In this document: in pieces, positions 28,339 to 39,340 of the stretch
Layout: every line of letters starts with the position of its first letter
How positions within the stretch are numbered: position 1 is the stretch's first letter
Source: Candidatus Microgenomatus sp.
GTDB lineage: Bacteria; Patescibacteriota; Microgenomatia; UBA8517
Length of the DNA stretch: 64,000 nt
Direction of reading: 5' to 3'
NCBI GenBank assembly: GCA_020724555.1
Contig: DYGT01000001.1
Span: 65,197-129,196, forward strand
The notes under the pieces: model-generated
The model's input: only the letters and a program-made list of their open reading frames with translations
Told to the model about the DNA's origin: nothing
The model's database searches: none
Program-made: the position numbers and the translations under genes

Positions 28339-29037
28339 TTACTCAGTTCCCACAGTCACAATAATGTCATAGCCGCTGGTTGAGAGCAACGCATCGCCCA
28401 TTTCCACGCTGTACGTATCACTTAATGCGTCTTCTATCATTTGCAATACTTGCTCGGGGACTGTTTCTTTTGCCTGAATCACCGTAGCCTCATAATCATA
28501 TTTTGTGGCATTACCAATGTTTGCTATTTCAAAACCAGCCTCTTCCAATAGACTTCCCACACTTCCCGCAGCTCCAATTTGCCCAGATCCATTTAGCACA
28601 CTTACTTTATAAGAAGAAACGTCGATTTCTTCACCCGGAATTGGCGACGGACTCGGCTCTTGTGGAGTGGGTGTCGGTGAAAGCACCTGTGGCGCTTGTG
28701 TGGGCTTTAGTACTGACTCTTCTATTTGGGATAGGCCGGTAAAGTAAACATATACTCCACCCGCCACAAAGCCAACGACTACAGCGGAAATAACAGTTAC
28801 CAATAAAATGAGCTTATAATCGGTTTTTCCTGAAGGAGAATCGCCTGCCGAATGCTTATCGCTTATAATTTCTCTGGCTTTTTCCTCGGGGCTTATTTCT
28901 TCTTTTGGTTCAACCGCTCCTGGAGTTACCTGTTCGGCACCCTTCTCCTCTTGTGTTTGTTGGGTTTCCCCTACCGGCCCTGATGCCACTTCCTCAATCA
29001 CCGGCCGAATGCGTTTTTTTTCTTTTCCTGGGGGCAT
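28339..29037 (-). CDS. LytR C-terminal domain membrane protein
   Basis: TM helix, P/T linker, VSVLNGSG..GAA...L...GF.I..IGNA, DIIVTVG. Confidence 0.85.
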   Translation of the reverse strand: MPPGKEKKRIRPVIEEVASGPVGETQQTQEEKGAEQVTPGAVEPKEEISPEEKAREIISDKHSAGDSPSGKTDYKLILLVTVISAVVVGFVAGGVYVYFTGLSQIEESVLKPTQAPQVLSPTPTPQEPSPSPIPGEEIDVSSYKVSVLNGSGQIGAAGSVGSLLEEAGFEIANIGNATKYDYEATVIQAKETVPEQVLQMIEDALSDTYSVEMGDALLSTSGYDIIVTVGTE

Positions 29038-29091
29038 AATCCATTTTAACAAAAGATTATGAATTTAATCAAGAATTCAAAGAAGTGAGTA

Positions 29092-30726
29092 TCAGAGGCC
29101 GCCCATACCGCCGGGCATACCACCGCCCATATCGGGATTGCTTTTTTCTTCTTCCGGAATATCGGTCACTAATGCTTCTGTCGTTAAGACCATCATAGCA
29201 ACCGAAGCCGCGTTCTGAAGAGCCGAACGGGTAACTTTGACCGGATCCAAAATTCCAAAAGTAAACATTGAGCCAAACTGGTTAGTCAAAACGTTATAAC
29301 CGTAATCCGGGTCTTTATTTTCTTCTATTTTTCGAAGGATATATCCATCGTCCTCACCAGCATTCTTAACCAACCAACGAGTTGGCTGCTCTAAAGCACT
29401 ATACACAATGTCAATACCAATCTGCTCGTCTTTAATATTACTTGTAACCTTGGCAACGGCTTGTCTGGCTTTTAGAAAAGCAATCCCCCCTCCCGGAACG
29501 ATTCCTTCTTCAATGGCAGCCTTAGTCGCTCCTACCGCATCTTTGACACGCTCCTTTTTCTCATTTAGCTCTACCTCTGTAGCCGCCCCTACATTAATCT
29601 GGGCAACTCCACCGGAAAGTTTGGCCAAGCGCTCTTCCAATTTTTCGCGGTCAAAATCACTGTCTGTATTTTCTATCTGAATCTTAATCTGAGCAATACG
29701 TGCCTTTATGTCGTCTGTTTTTCCTGCTCCGCCAATTATTCTGGTGTTGTCTTTGTCGGACCATACTTTGTCGGCTCGCCCCAGGTCTGTTACTTCCACA
29801 GATTCAAATGTGCGCCCGGTATCTTCTGATATCACTGTCCCGCCTGTTAAAACGGCGATATCGCTAAGCATCTCTTTTCTTCGATCACCAAAGCCAGGGG
29901 CTTTAACAGCCAAAACATTAAACGCACCTCTTAATTTATTAACTACCAAGGTGGCCAAGGCTTCGCCTTCAATGTCGTCGGCGATAATGACCAAGTTTTT
30001 GCTTACTTTGACAAATTTTTCCAAAAAAGGAAGAAGTTCCTGGATTGAGCTTATTTTTTTGTCGGTTAAAAGTATATATGCATCTTCAATTTCTGCCTCC
30101 ATGCGCTCGGGATTGGTCACAAAATAAGCGCTTGCATATCCCCGGTCAAACTCCATGCCTTCTTTGTATTCAATCTCTATTTCAAGTCCTCGCCCTTCCT
30201 CAACGGTTACCACGCCGTCACGGCCGACTTTATCCAAAGCTTCGGCAATTTGTTTGCCTATAGTTTGGCTTCCGGCGCTCACTGTAGCGACTTGTTCGAT
30301 TTCTGCTTTATCTTTGATGGGTTTGGCAATCTTTTTAAGCTCAGCTATTGCAGCGTCAACAGCCATTTCCATACCACGCTTAACAATCATGGGGTTGGCG
30401 CCAGCCGTGATATTTTTAAGCCCAGCTTTAGCCATTTCCCGAGCTAACAGAGTTGAAGTGGTCGTGCCGTCTCCTGCTGCGTCATTGGTTTTACTGGCAG
30501 CTTCCTTGACAATCTGGGCTCCCATATTTTCAAACGGGTCAGCTAAATCAATTTCTTTGGCGACAGATACTCCGTCGTGAACAATATTTGGCGCTCCCCA
30601 TTTTTTATCCAAAGCCACGTTTCTGCCTTTAGGACCAAGAGTGGTGACCACTGCCTTAGCAACGGTATCAATGCCCGTCAGCAAAGATTTTCTGGCTTCA
30701 TCTGAAAATTGTAATTGTTTTGCCAT
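29092..30726 (-). CDS. groL: Chaperonin GroEL
   Basis: [17 protein letters not shown] tail. Confidence 0.99.
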   Translation of the reverse strand: MAKQLQFSDEARKSLLTGIDTVAKAVVTTLGPKGRNVALDKKWGAPNIVHDGVSVAKEIDLADPFENMGAQIVKEAASKTNDAAGDGTTTSTLLAREMAKAGLKNITAGANPMIVKRGMEMAVDAAIAELKKIAKPIKDKAEIEQVATVSAGSQTIGKQIAEALDKVGRDGVVTVEEGRGLEIEIEYKEGMEFDRGYASAYFVTNPERMEAEIEDAYILLTDKKISSIQELLPFLEKFVKVSKNLVIIADDIEGEALATLVVNKLRGAFNVLAVKAPGFGDRRKEMLSDIAVLTGGTVISEDTGRTFESVEVTDLGRADKVWSDKDNTRIIGGAGKTDDIKARIAQIKIQIENTDSDFDREKLEERLAKLSGGVAQINVGAATEVELNEKKERVKDAVGATKAAIEEGIVPGGGIAFLKARQAVAKVTSNIKDEQIGIDIVYSALEQPTRWLVKNAGEDDGYILRKIEENKDPDYGYNVLTNQFGSMFTFGILDPVKVTRSALQNAASVAMMVLTTEALVTDIPEEEKSNPDMGGGMPGGMGGL

Positions 30727-30752
30727 AGTAATTTTAAAAAATAACCGATTTT

Positions 30753-31070
30753 TTAGCTCTTTTCAATGGCTAAAATATCGTCAAATTTTGAAAACAAATA
30801 TTCTTTTCCGTTAATCTTTACTTCAGATCCGCCCCATTTTTTGTAAATGACAATATCGCCAACTTTGGCAGGGCTTACCCTTTTTGTACCGCTATCGGTA
30901 ATCTCATCCGGCCCCACGGCCAAGACTTTTCCTTTTTGTGGCTTTTCAGTGTCAGCGCTGTCCGGCAAATAAATTCCTGAGCTGGTTTTAGTTTCGGCTT
31001 CAAATGGCTTAAGCAGCAAATAACCCGCGGTGGGGTGAAGATTTATTTTATTTGTCTTTTTGTTTGCCAT
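30753..31070 (-). CDS. groS: Co-chaperonin GroES
   Basis: [26 protein letters not shown]. Confidence 0.97.
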   Translation of the reverse strand: MANKKTNKINLHPTAGYLLLKPFEAETKTSSGIYLPDSADTEKPQKGKVLAVGPDEITDSGTKRVSPAKVGDIVIYKKWGGSEVKINGKEYLFSKFDDILAIEKS

Positions 31071-31088
31071 ATCTTCTTTGTATTTAGT

Positions 31089-31123
31089 ATTATATGTTAG
31101 CACTCAATTCTGTCAAGTGCTTG
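31089..31123 (-). promoter_or_regulatory. CIRCE (HrcA operator) overlapping the groES promoter
   Basis: TTAGCACTC-N9-AAGTGCTTG (31097-31123); TTGACA-N16-TATAAT on the minus strand. Confidence 0.85.
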
Positions 31124-31173
31124 GTATCGCAAAGTATTTTAAAAAAACAAACCTTTAATTGTCAAGGGGTTAT

Positions 31174-31575
31174 TTAGTTAGCTTTTTTCTCATGAAATTT
31201 TTTAAGCTTAATATCAAAAGTTGCAAGCTTTGCCCAAGCTTTTTTCGTAAGACAACTCAAATATATATCCACCAAAGTCAAGCTTTTATTTGAAGAGTAT
31301 AAATCCAAAGCGCAAAAAAGTTCCTTTTTATTAATTGTTTTTATATATTTTTCTTCAAGAAGCACCCGCATATTATCGGCGATATCTGCTCTATCAACCT
31401 TATAGAGCTTTTCTAAAACAAACACCACCTCAAATAAAACCTGCGGAATAAGTCTGACCGTCTGCTTTTTATCTTTTGCTTCTAAAAAAAGTTTCCGAGC
31501 CTTTGCGTAATAAGTCTTATTGTCATTCAAAAGAAACCTTAAAATAACATTTGTATCAACAAAAACTTCACTCAC
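31174..31575 (-). CDS. vapC: PIN-domain toxin (VapC family)
   Basis: VDTNVILR, E.VFVL, LVD, ATFD..L. Confidence 0.88.
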   Translation of the reverse strand: MSEVFVDTNVILRFLLNDNKTYYAKARKLFLEAKDKKQTVRLIPQVLFEVVFVLEKLYKVDRADIADNMRVLLEEKYIKTINKKELFCALDLYSSNKSLTLVDIYLSCLTKKAWAKLATFDIKLKKFHEKKAN

Positions 31576-31819
31576 TCAACATACCTTTCTCTATTGCCTT
31601 TTCCTCAAGGGCCAAAACATCATTTATAGATTTATTTTTTAAGGCTTTAGACTGAAATACTCCTGCTAAAGAAGCTATATCTTTGTGAGGTAATACCAAA
31701 ATGGATTTACCTTTTCTTTGCACTTTTACTTTTGCACCAACGGAAAGCCCAACAACATCTCTTACCTGCTTGGGGATAGTGACCTGTCCTTTTTGTGTAA
31801 TGGTGGTTACAAAGTCCAT
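31568..31819 (-). CDS. AbrB/MazE/SpoVT antitoxin (VapB-like)
   Basis: TITQKGQVTIPKQVR...GL; overlaps the vapC start. Confidence 0.88.
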   Translation of the reverse strand: MDFVTTITQKGQVTIPKQVRDVVGLSVGAKVKVQRKGKSILVLPHKDIASLAGVFQSKALKNKSINDVLALEEKAIEKGMLSE

Positions 31820-31821
31820 AA

Positions 31822-31854
31822 GTAATACTAACATAAAATGTATTACGATGTCAA
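31822..31854 (-). promoter_or_regulatory. vapBC promoter with inverted-repeat operator
   Basis: GTAATAC-N11-GTATTAC (31822-31846) overlapping TTGACA-N18-TAGTAT. Confidence 0.65.
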
Positions 31855-31883
31855 TTAGTTGTACTGGCAGTGAAAAAATCTTT

Positions 31884-32738
31884 TCATTTTAGCATCAAAC
31901 CACGGGAGGCAAGCTTTTGAATAACCCTTTTATCCCAGTCTACGGGGTGAAAAAAGGCGCGAGTTCTAGTAACTTCTTCTCTAGTTTTATGTCGCCCCAT
32001 ATAAATATTTTGAATCCAAAAACATACAGGCTCAACAATAATTCCAATAAGTTGGCAGGCATATTTTCGTTTTTCTATATACGACATATGGTTTTCTACC
32101 TTCTTTTTTCTTGATGCATTTGGCCAGTATTTTTTATACCAAAAATTTTGCAGCATAAATTTTTCATAAATTTTGTTTTTATTTACCAAAGGAATAATTT
32201 GGGCTATTTCATGGGCGGCAAATAAGCTTGGTTTTATTTCTAAATTATCCTCAGCCAGCCACATGTTAAGGCAAAGCATATCTTTTTCTTCTTTATGCCT
32301 AAAGCGTCGAACGGGCACACCGTTTATTTTTAGAAGGGTGTGTACCAACAAACGGGTTGCCCAAAGTGTATTTTTTTGCGTGATTATCATTAAATCAACA
32401 TCATCTTTGGCTTTAGCGTTGTGCATGGCCAAAGACCCGGTTATTCCCACAAATAAAACGCTTGGTATTTTTGCAATAATACTTGCTCCATCTTGGGCTA
32501 TTTTCAATTTTCTTTTTGATATATCGGACCGCAATTTTCGTGTTTTTATAATATTTTCTCTGCCTTGTAGGAAAAAATAACCTTTTTTCTTTGAAGCTTT
32601 GGGTTGTACTCTAAAATCAAACACCCCGCTCCCCATTTGCCAACGGTCAAGTTCCAAGCTTGTTAAAGGGTAGGAAAAAAGATCGTGGTAAACAAGAGAG
32701 GCTAGACTACTGCGTTTGCGTTGTACTGACAAGGCCAT
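31884..32738 (-). CDS. Pol-beta-superfamily nucleotidyltransferase-domain protein
   Basis: GITGSLA......DDVDLMII (GS..DxD); N-terminal 'Y.DLF.YPLT..E'. Confidence 0.75.
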   Translation of the reverse strand: MALSVQRKRSSLASLVYHDLFSYPLTSLELDRWQMGSGVFDFRVQPKASKKKGYFFLQGRENIIKTRKLRSDISKRKLKIAQDGASIIAKIPSVLFVGITGSLAMHNAKAKDDVDLMIITQKNTLWATRLLVHTLLKINGVPVRRFRHKEEKDMLCLNMWLAEDNLEIKPSLFAAHEIAQIIPLVNKNKIYEKFMLQNFWYKKYWPNASRKKKVENHMSYIEKRKYACQLIGIIVEPVCFWIQNIYMGRHKTREEVTRTRAFFHPVDWDKRVIQKLASRGLMLK

Positions 32739-34392
32739 ATTGAGATAAAACTTGCTGTACTCCAGCGGCTGTAGTTTGCAAGGCACTTACTGTATCACCT
32801 GCGTTTATCGCATCCAGATAATAATCACCAATGCGGCTGTTGATACCGGTTTCTCCGTCATGGGTGCGACTTGCCAAATACCAACTTTTCGCATTCGGGG
32901 CCAGACGAATGATTCCCCCCAAAATTGGGTCCGAAGAAATTAAATCTTGCATATCTGGTCTTGGATATGGCTCACCAAACAAACGGGCGGCAGAAGCTTG
33001 GGTATAAAACTTGATGAGTGTCTCTTTCTGGGTTAAGTAATCTAAAAACTCCCACGCTTCTTTTGCGCGCTCGCTTCTTTCCCAAACACCCTCTACCCAA
33101 TAAGTCGCATAAGTTAAGTCGGGTTCATTGGGGTCGTCTTTTCTTAATTGTGGAACGGGCACGACACGAAACTTAAGCGATGGATTCAAATCAGCAATTT
33201 CCAGCGCTCTCCAAGATGGGCCAAAATACATTGCCAAGTCTCCATTGGCAAACATAATTGTTGAGGGCGGCAAAGTTTTGTCCCAAGCACTAAAGCGGCG
33301 GTTTATAGCTTTATAATAGTCAAGGGCACTACTTGCCAAATTGTTTGTGGGATTAACCAAACTGGCTCCGTTTTGAAGCATCATAAGAGCCACTATTTCC
33401 TGCCAGTGGTCAACGTTTTCGGTTAACCCCATGGCAACGCCCGCTTGCTGGATAACACCATTTTCATCTTTAATAGTAAGCTCAAGTGCCAATTCCAAAA
33501 GCTCATCCCAAGTGGTCGGCGGAGTTTTACCATAGGTGTTAAAAATTTCTTCATTGACATAAAGACCTAACCCGTCATACATCAGAGGCATTCCCACAAT
33601 TTCAGCGCCAACGGTCAAGTCAGACACGGCAACAGGGTAAAACGTTTGCGCAAACTCTTGGGCCGTCATAACCGAACTAGGCATAGCAGAAAGTTCGCTT
33701 TTAAACATGGGTACCCAGGAATTATGAATGCGAAAAATATCCGGCCCTTCACCGCGGGCCAAAGAATTCATCAAGCGCTCCCGGTAATCCTCTTTGGATT
33801 GTGCTTCATAATTTATTTTTATCCCCGGATGGCTGGCCTCATAATCCGCTATTATTGGCCCAACAACTGTTTCATCTTCCCAAAGGCCCCACCAGGTTAT
33901 TGTTGCTTCACCGTCGTCCATAATTCCCAAACTTGGTAGTATAAATCTCCAAATTGAAAAAGCCAGTCCTAATAAAAGAATAATCAGCAAAGAAATAACA
34001 ACAAGCTTTTTAGGAAAACTTTTTTTGGGTTTTGATCCTTCGCTTGTAGCAACCACTTCCGGCGGTTTATCGACCGGAGGCGCCGGAGGGATCTCTGAAA
34101 TAGGTTTTGCTGCGGAACCTGCGGGCAGACCGCTTTGGGTATTTATAGCTGTACCAGATGCTGCAGAGGGCGGAGTCTGGAAAACCGGCGGGGTTGGATT
34201 TATAGGAGATTGCATGTTTTGAGGCTGAACCTCAACGGGTTTTGGCTCGGGTGGCTGCGACACGGGCGGGGTTTTAGTTTGCGGGCTGGCTGAACCAATG
34301 GGTGCCGGTGGAGGCGAAACCGCCTCATCGCCGGACGGCGGAAAGATTGGTATGGGTTGATCGCGTTGGTCTTGTGGGTTTTGAGCAGCCAT
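32707..34392 (-). CDS. Sugar-type extracellular solute-binding protein with Pro-rich N-terminus
   Basis: ITWWGLWE, GPDIF, LYVN, PPTTWDEL, F..G.LAMYF; TM after about 125 low-complexity residues. Confidence 0.88.
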   Translation of the reverse strand: MAAQNPQDQRDQPIPIFPPSGDEAVSPPPAPIGSASPQTKTPPVSQPPEPKPVEVQPQNMQSPINPTPPVFQTPPSAASGTAINTQSGLPAGSAAKPISEIPPAPPVDKPPEVVATSEGSKPKKSFPKKLVVISLLIILLLGLAFSIWRFILPSLGIMDDGEATITWWGLWEDETVVGPIIADYEASHPGIKINYEAQSKEDYRERLMNSLARGEGPDIFRIHNSWVPMFKSELSAMPSSVMTAQEFAQTFYPVAVSDLTVGAEIVGMPLMYDGLGLYVNEEIFNTYGKTPPTTWDELLELALELTIKDENGVIQQAGVAMGLTENVDHWQEIVALMMLQNGASLVNPTNNLASSALDYYKAINRRFSAWDKTLPPSTIMFANGDLAMYFGPSWRALEIADLNPSLKFRVVPVPQLRKDDPNEPDLTYATYWVEGVWERSERAKEAWEFLDYLTQKETLIKFYTQASAARLFGEPYPRPDMQDLISSDPILGGIIRLAPNAKSWYLASRTHDGETGINSRIGDYYLDAINAGDTVSALQTTAAGVQQVLSQYGLVSTTQTQ

Positions 34393-34421
34393 CTTTAAAA
34401 TAAATGATATCATACAAGAAT

Positions 34422-36185
34422 ATGACAAGTAAGATAAAACGGTCATTAACTATTGGATTTATAGCGACTCCTGTCGGAGTCTTAATAATTTTGGCACTTT
34501 TTTATATAGCACATTACGGCCGTATCTACCCGGGCATAAGCATTACCAAAATACAGGTGGGAGGCAAAAACAAAACACAAGCCCTAGAAGCTATCAAAAA
34601 AACTCCAATTCCTGCCGAGTTAGAATTATTCTACCCACAGCTACCCAACCAGAAATTTACTATTTCATTAAAAGAAATTGGCTTTAGCTATGAATATGAC
34701 AAAAGTGTAGAAGAGGCATATTTGCTAGGCAGAGAGGGCAATTTCCAAAAAGACATAAGCACAATAGTCTGGGCTGCCAAAAACAAAATTAACTTGCCTC
34801 TTAAATTTAGCTATAACCAGGAAAGACTAAACGAGTACGTTTCCGTAATCGCCGGTCAGGTTTCCGACGAGCCCGTTTATCCCAAGGCCATTAAGAGCAA
34901 CGGTCAAATAAAAGTTGAGACAGGGCGTGCCGGCCACGAGCTTAACCAACACGAGCTTAAAGAAACAATTATTACCCGCTTATCCATGGCAAACTTTTCT
35001 CCCATTCAAATCACCACTGAACAAGTAAACCCCGAGATTGATAACGACCAAGCGCAAATGCTTAAAACGCGCGCGGAAAAATTGATCGGTAAAAGCTTGA
35101 CGCTTAAACATGAGTATCAAGAAATTTTTTTAGACGACAGCGTTTTAATCAGCTTTTTAACAAGCCCAAAACAATATAACGAGTTTGCAATTGAAACATT
35201 TATAGAAAACCACAAAACAAGTGTCGAGCGGCCGGCACAAAATCCTACTTTTATTTTTATAAACGAAAACGGCTCCCAAGCCAAAGTGCAGGAATTTACG
35301 CCGGCAAAAGCCGGAATTGAGATAGACAAAAAGGCTTTAATGCAAGAGTTAACCAGTGCCATTTCAAAACTTGAAAATGAAAGCGTAAACGAGCTGACAC
35401 TGAATATCGTTGTCAAAGAAACACCGCCGGATTATCAAACAGAGGACGTAAATAACCTTGGTATAAAAGAACTTATCGGGCGCGGTGAATCGAACTTTCG
35501 CGGTTCAGATGCCTCTCGTATTTACAACATTAATCTGGCTGCCGACAGGATCAACGGCTCTCTGATTGCGCCCGGAGAGATTTTCTCCTTTAATCAAGCA
35601 CTGGGAGACGTTTCCAAATTCACGGGTTATAAAGAAGCTTATGTAATACAGGACGGTAAAACCGTCTTGGGGGACGGCGGCGGCGTTTGTCAGGTATCAA
35701 CCACACTTTTTAGAGCTGCCTTAGACGCCGGGCTACCAATTACCGAGCGGCGTGCACATTCATACCGCGTGGGTTATTACGAACAAGGATACCCTCCAGG
35801 GCTCGATGCCACTGTCTATTCACCCACTACCGATTTAAAATTTAAAAACGACACACCGGCACACATTTTAATCCAAGCATATCCGGATACTCAAAATTTA
35901 ACTTTAGTGTTTGAGCTTTACGGCACCAGCGACGGCAGAATTGCCACCACTACAAACCCAGTAATCACTTCGTCGATCGCCCCCGGAGAAGATGTTTACA
36001 TAGATGACCCCACCATTCCCACAGGACAAACAAAACAAATTGAATATAAAGCTTGGGGTGCAAAAGTGGAGTTTGACTACAAAGTAGAACGAAACGGCGA
36101 AATCATTTACGAAAAGACTTTTTACAGCAATTACAAACCCTGGCAGGCGGTGTATCTTCGCGGCACCGGACCGGCAGAACAATAA
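34422..36185 (+). CDS. VanW-family protein with peptidoglycan-binding repeats
   Basis: IYPGI.I...VGG; R..NI.LAA..ING..I.PGE.FSFN; GGGVCQVSTTLF; RAHSYRV.YY; GLDATV. Confidence 0.92.
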   Translation: MTSKIKRSLTIGFIATPVGVLIILALFYIAHYGRIYPGISITKIQVGGKNKTQALEAIKKTPIPAELELFYPQLPNQKFTISLKEIGFSYEYDKSVEEAYLLGREGNFQKDISTIVWAAKNKINLPLKFSYNQERLNEYVSVIAGQVSDEPVYPKAIKSNGQIKVETGRAGHELNQHELKETIITRLSMANFSPIQITTEQVNPEIDNDQAQMLKTRAEKLIGKSLTLKHEYQEIFLDDSVLISFLTSPKQYNEFAIETFIENHKTSVERPAQNPTFIFINENGSQAKVQEFTPAKAGIEIDKKALMQELTSAISKLENESVNELTLNIVVKETPPDYQTEDVNNLGIKELIGRGESNFRGSDASRIYNINLAADRINGSLIAPGEIFSFNQALGDVSKFTGYKEAYVIQDGKTVLGDGGGVCQVSTTLFRAALDAGLPITERRAHSYRVGYYEQGYPPGLDATVYSPTTDLKFKNDTPAHILIQAYPDTQNLTLVFELYGTSDGRIATTTNPVITSSIAPGEDVYIDDPTIPTGQTKQIEYKAWGAKVEFDYKVERNGEIIYEKTFYSNYKPWQAVYLRGTGPAEQ

Positions 36186-36189
36186 ACCT

Positions 36190-37209
36190 ATGAATATTTT
36201 AGCCATTGAAACCAGCTGTGACGAAACCGGGGCTGCGGTCATAAAAAACGGAAATACCATTCTGTCCAACGTAGTTGCCACATCCCAAGCGCTTCACGCC
36301 AAAACAGGCGGCATAATCCCGGAAACCGCCGCACGACAGCAGCTCTCCTCGATTCACCCGGTAATTGATGAGGCAATGACATTCGCTCAAGTAACAAAAA
36401 ATGATATCGACGCAATTGCGGTGACTATCGGTCCGGGATTAATTGGTTCTCTTCTTGTTGGCGTGGAAACCGCCAAAACTTTAAGTTATTTATGGAAAAA
36501 GCCGCTTATTCCTGTAAACCATTTGCTTGGCCATGTTTACGCAAATTTTATAAATAACTCACCAAAATTTCCCGCCATAGCATTGGTTGTATCAGGCGGA
36601 CACACAGACATGATTTATTTAGAAGGCCACCCGATAACTGCAAAAGTAAAACTCCTGGGCAGCACCCAAGACGACGCCGCCGGAGAAGCTTTTGATAAAA
36701 TCGCACGACTTTTGGGGTTGCCCTACCCCGGAGGACCAAAATTGGCGCAAATGGCCGATGTCTATCTTAAAAATAACCCCCAAGTAAAGCTGGATCTTTT
36801 CCCCAGACCACTTTTTAATTCTAATGATTTTAATTTCAGCTTTTCCGGGCTTAAAACAGCGGTAAGAAATTATCTAAAAAATGTCCCGGACGCAGACAAA
36901 TCGTTTGTGGCCGCCCAGGTCCAAGCTGCAGTTGTCGATGTAATTGTTAAAAAATCAACCTTTGCTTTAGAAAAATATAGGCCTTCATCTTTTTTGCTTG
37001 CGGGCGGAGTAGCAGCCAATAATATGCTTCGGAAAAATTTGGGCTATAGTATTGAGAATATAGGGAGGTCTAGCCAGTTGCACATACCTCTAGTAAATTT
37101 GTGCACGGATAACGCAGCTTATATTGGGGTATGCGCTTTTTATAACTACAGGCCATATTCTTGGAAAAAAATTGCCGCCAATCCGGAGCTTACAATCGTT
37201 GAGCTTTAA
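36190..37209 (+). CDS. tsaD: tRNA threonylcarbamoyltransferase TsaD
   Basis: ILAIETSCDET, NHLLGH, SGGHT, DDAAGEAFDK, FSFSGLKT, TDNA. Confidence 0.97.
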   Translation: MNILAIETSCDETGAAVIKNGNTILSNVVATSQALHAKTGGIIPETAARQQLSSIHPVIDEAMTFAQVTKNDIDAIAVTIGPGLIGSLLVGVETAKTLSYLWKKPLIPVNHLLGHVYANFINNSPKFPAIALVVSGGHTDMIYLEGHPITAKVKLLGSTQDDAAGEAFDKIARLLGLPYPGGPKLAQMADVYLKNNPQVKLDLFPRPLFNSNDFNFSFSGLKTAVRNYLKNVPDADKSFVAAQVQAAVVDVIVKKSTFALEKYRPSSFLLAGGVAANNMLRKNLGYSIENIGRSSQLHIPLVNLCTDNAAYIGVCAFYNYRPYSWKKIAANPELTIVEL

Positions 37210-37234
37210 ACTCCTACCCGCTATACTTATGCCA

Positions 37235-39340
37235 ATGGAAAAACAATATAACCACATAAAATACGAGGCGGGAATTTATGCATTGTGGGAAAAAGCAAAT
37301 GCATTTGCTCCGCAAGAAGTAAACAAAAAAAATTTAAAAAAATCTAAAAAATCATTTTCTATTATCATGCCCCCGCCCAATGCCAATGAAGATTTACACA
37401 TCGGACACGCTCGTTTTGTGGCTATTGAAGACATCCTCATTCGCCACGCCCGAATGAAGGGTTTAGCCACTTTATGGTTGCCCGGAGCAGACCATGCAGG
37501 CATTGAAACTCAGTATGTTTTTGAAAAAAAATTAAAAGAACAAGGAAAAAGCCGCTTTGATTATGAACGCGAAGATTTGTATAAAATGCTTTGGGATTAT
37601 GTCCATAAATATAAAGACAGTATGTACGACCAACTTAAAAGATTGGGCGCCTCCTGCGACTGGAGCCGTGAAAAATTTACCTTAGACCCCGAAATCATCG
37701 CGATCGTAAAACAAACATTTAAGTCTTTATACGACGAAGGCATGGTTTACAGAGATGAACAATTGGTTAATTATTGCCCCAATTGCGGCACTTCATTTTC
37801 AGAACTTGAGATAGATTATGTGGAACGAGATGACCTTATGTATTATCTTGACTACGGGACCGTTACCATCGCAACCACAAGGCCTGAAACCATTTTTGCA
37901 GACGTTGCCATAGCTGTTAACCCCCAGGACAGCAGGTATAAAAAACTGATAGGTAAAAAGGCTACCATTCCTTTAATTAACAGACAGATCCCGATAATTA
38001 AAGACTCCGCGGTTGACAAAAAACTAGGAACTGGAGCTTTAAAAGTAACACCGGCACACGACCCGACCGACTTTGAAATAAGAAAAAGACACAATCTCCC
38101 AACCGTATCCGTAATCGACAGTGAAGGTAAAATGATAAATACCCCACCGGAATACATAGGCTTGCGCGTGGCAGATGCACGTCGAAAAGTTGTTTCTATG
38201 CTTAAAGACCGGGGTGTTCTTATAAAAGAAGTGCCAATCCGCCATGCTGTTGCTACGTGTTATAAATGCAAAAACACAATCGAACCCATGATCTCAAAAC
38301 AGTGGTTTATAAAGGTTAAACCACTTACTAAAGACGCACTTTTAGCAATACGAAAAAAACAAGTAAAATTTGCAAAAGATAAATATAAAAAGATTGCCGT
38401 TCACTGGCTTAAAAATTTGAAAGACTGGAATATTAGCCGGCAAATAGTATGGGGAATCCAAATACCTGCCTGGAGATGTGATCAATGCATGGAGTGGGTT
38501 GTAACAGCAGGGGAAACTCCAAACAAGTGCCCTAATTGCAAAGCCAGCTCTTTTACACAGGAAACCGACACCTTTGACACCTGGTTTAGCTCGAGCCAAT
38601 GGCCATTTGCTACCCTAATGACAACGGGAAAAAATGACTTTAAGCGCTTTTATCCCACTTCTGTTATGGAAACCGCTTATGATATTTTACCTTTTTGGGT
38701 GATTAGAATGATCATGCTTGGTTTATATAAAACTAAAAATGTGCCTTTTAATAACGTCCTTATCCACGGCCTTGTCCGCGACAAAAATGGCCAAAAAATT
38801 AGCAAATCCAAAGGTAATGTTATAAATCCCTTGGTTATGGTAGACAAATATGGGGCGGACGCCTTGCGTATGGGATTAATATGGGGGACTCTCATAGAAA
38901 ACGATATTTCTCTTTCAGAAGAAAACATCCGCGGACAAAGAAACTTTGCCAATAAGCTTTGGAATGTCGCGCGTTTTGTATCACTCAACCAAAGCCAACT
39001 AAAAGCTATGTCGCGCGCTCCCCGTTCCCAAAACAAAAACGACCACGCTATTATTAAAAAGCTTCGCCGCACTGCTAAAATTATTGATAAAGAAATAGAA
39101 AACTACCGACTGAACCAAGCCGCAGAAAACCTTTACAATTTCATTTGGAAGGATTTTGCCAATGATTATTTAGAATCAACAAAATCCCGCCGCAGCAAAG
39201 CCCAACCCACCCTGGAATATATCCTTTCTGAGTCTATAAAAATGGCCCACCCGTTTATGCCGTTTATAACCGAAGCTATTTGGCAAAACCTATACGGAAA
39301 CTCACAAAAGCCGTTAATTTTTCAGTCCTGGCCCAAATGA
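37235..39340 (+). CDS. valS: Valine--tRNA ligase (short form)
   Basis: PPPN...LHIGH, DHAGIETQ, ATTRPET, DWNISRQ..WG, DTWFSS, KISKS; start placed 7 nt after TATACT. Confidence 0.95.
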   Translation: MEKQYNHIKYEAGIYALWEKANAFAPQEVNKKNLKKSKKSFSIIMPPPNANEDLHIGHARFVAIEDILIRHARMKGLATLWLPGADHAGIETQYVFEKKLKEQGKSRFDYEREDLYKMLWDYVHKYKDSMYDQLKRLGASCDWSREKFTLDPEIIAIVKQTFKSLYDEGMVYRDEQLVNYCPNCGTSFSELEIDYVERDDLMYYLDYGTVTIATTRPETIFADVAIAVNPQDSRYKKLIGKKATIPLINRQIPIIKDSAVDKKLGTGALKVTPAHDPTDFEIRKRHNLPTVSVIDSEGKMINTPPEYIGLRVADARRKVVSMLKDRGVLIKEVPIRHAVATCYKCKNTIEPMISKQWFIKVKPLTKDALLAIRKKQVKFAKDKYKKIAVHWLKNLKDWNISRQIVWGIQIPAWRCDQCMEWVVTAGETPNKCPNCKASSFTQETDTFDTWFSSSQWPFATLMTTGKNDFKRFYPTSVMETAYDILPFWVIRMIMLGLYKTKNVPFNNVLIHGLVRDKNGQKISKSKGNVINPLVMVDKYGADALRMGLIWGTLIENDISLSEENIRGQRNFANKLWNVARFVSLNQSQLKAMSRAPRSQNKNDHAIIKKLRRTAKIIDKEIENYRLNQAAENLYNFIWKDFANDYLESTKSRRSKAQPTLEYILSESIKMAHPFMPFITEAIWQNLYGNSQKPLIFQSWPK

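Noticed and set aside
34422-36185. Vancomycin resistance cluster
   Set aside because: VanW domain alone; no vanA/B/H/X/R/S nearby
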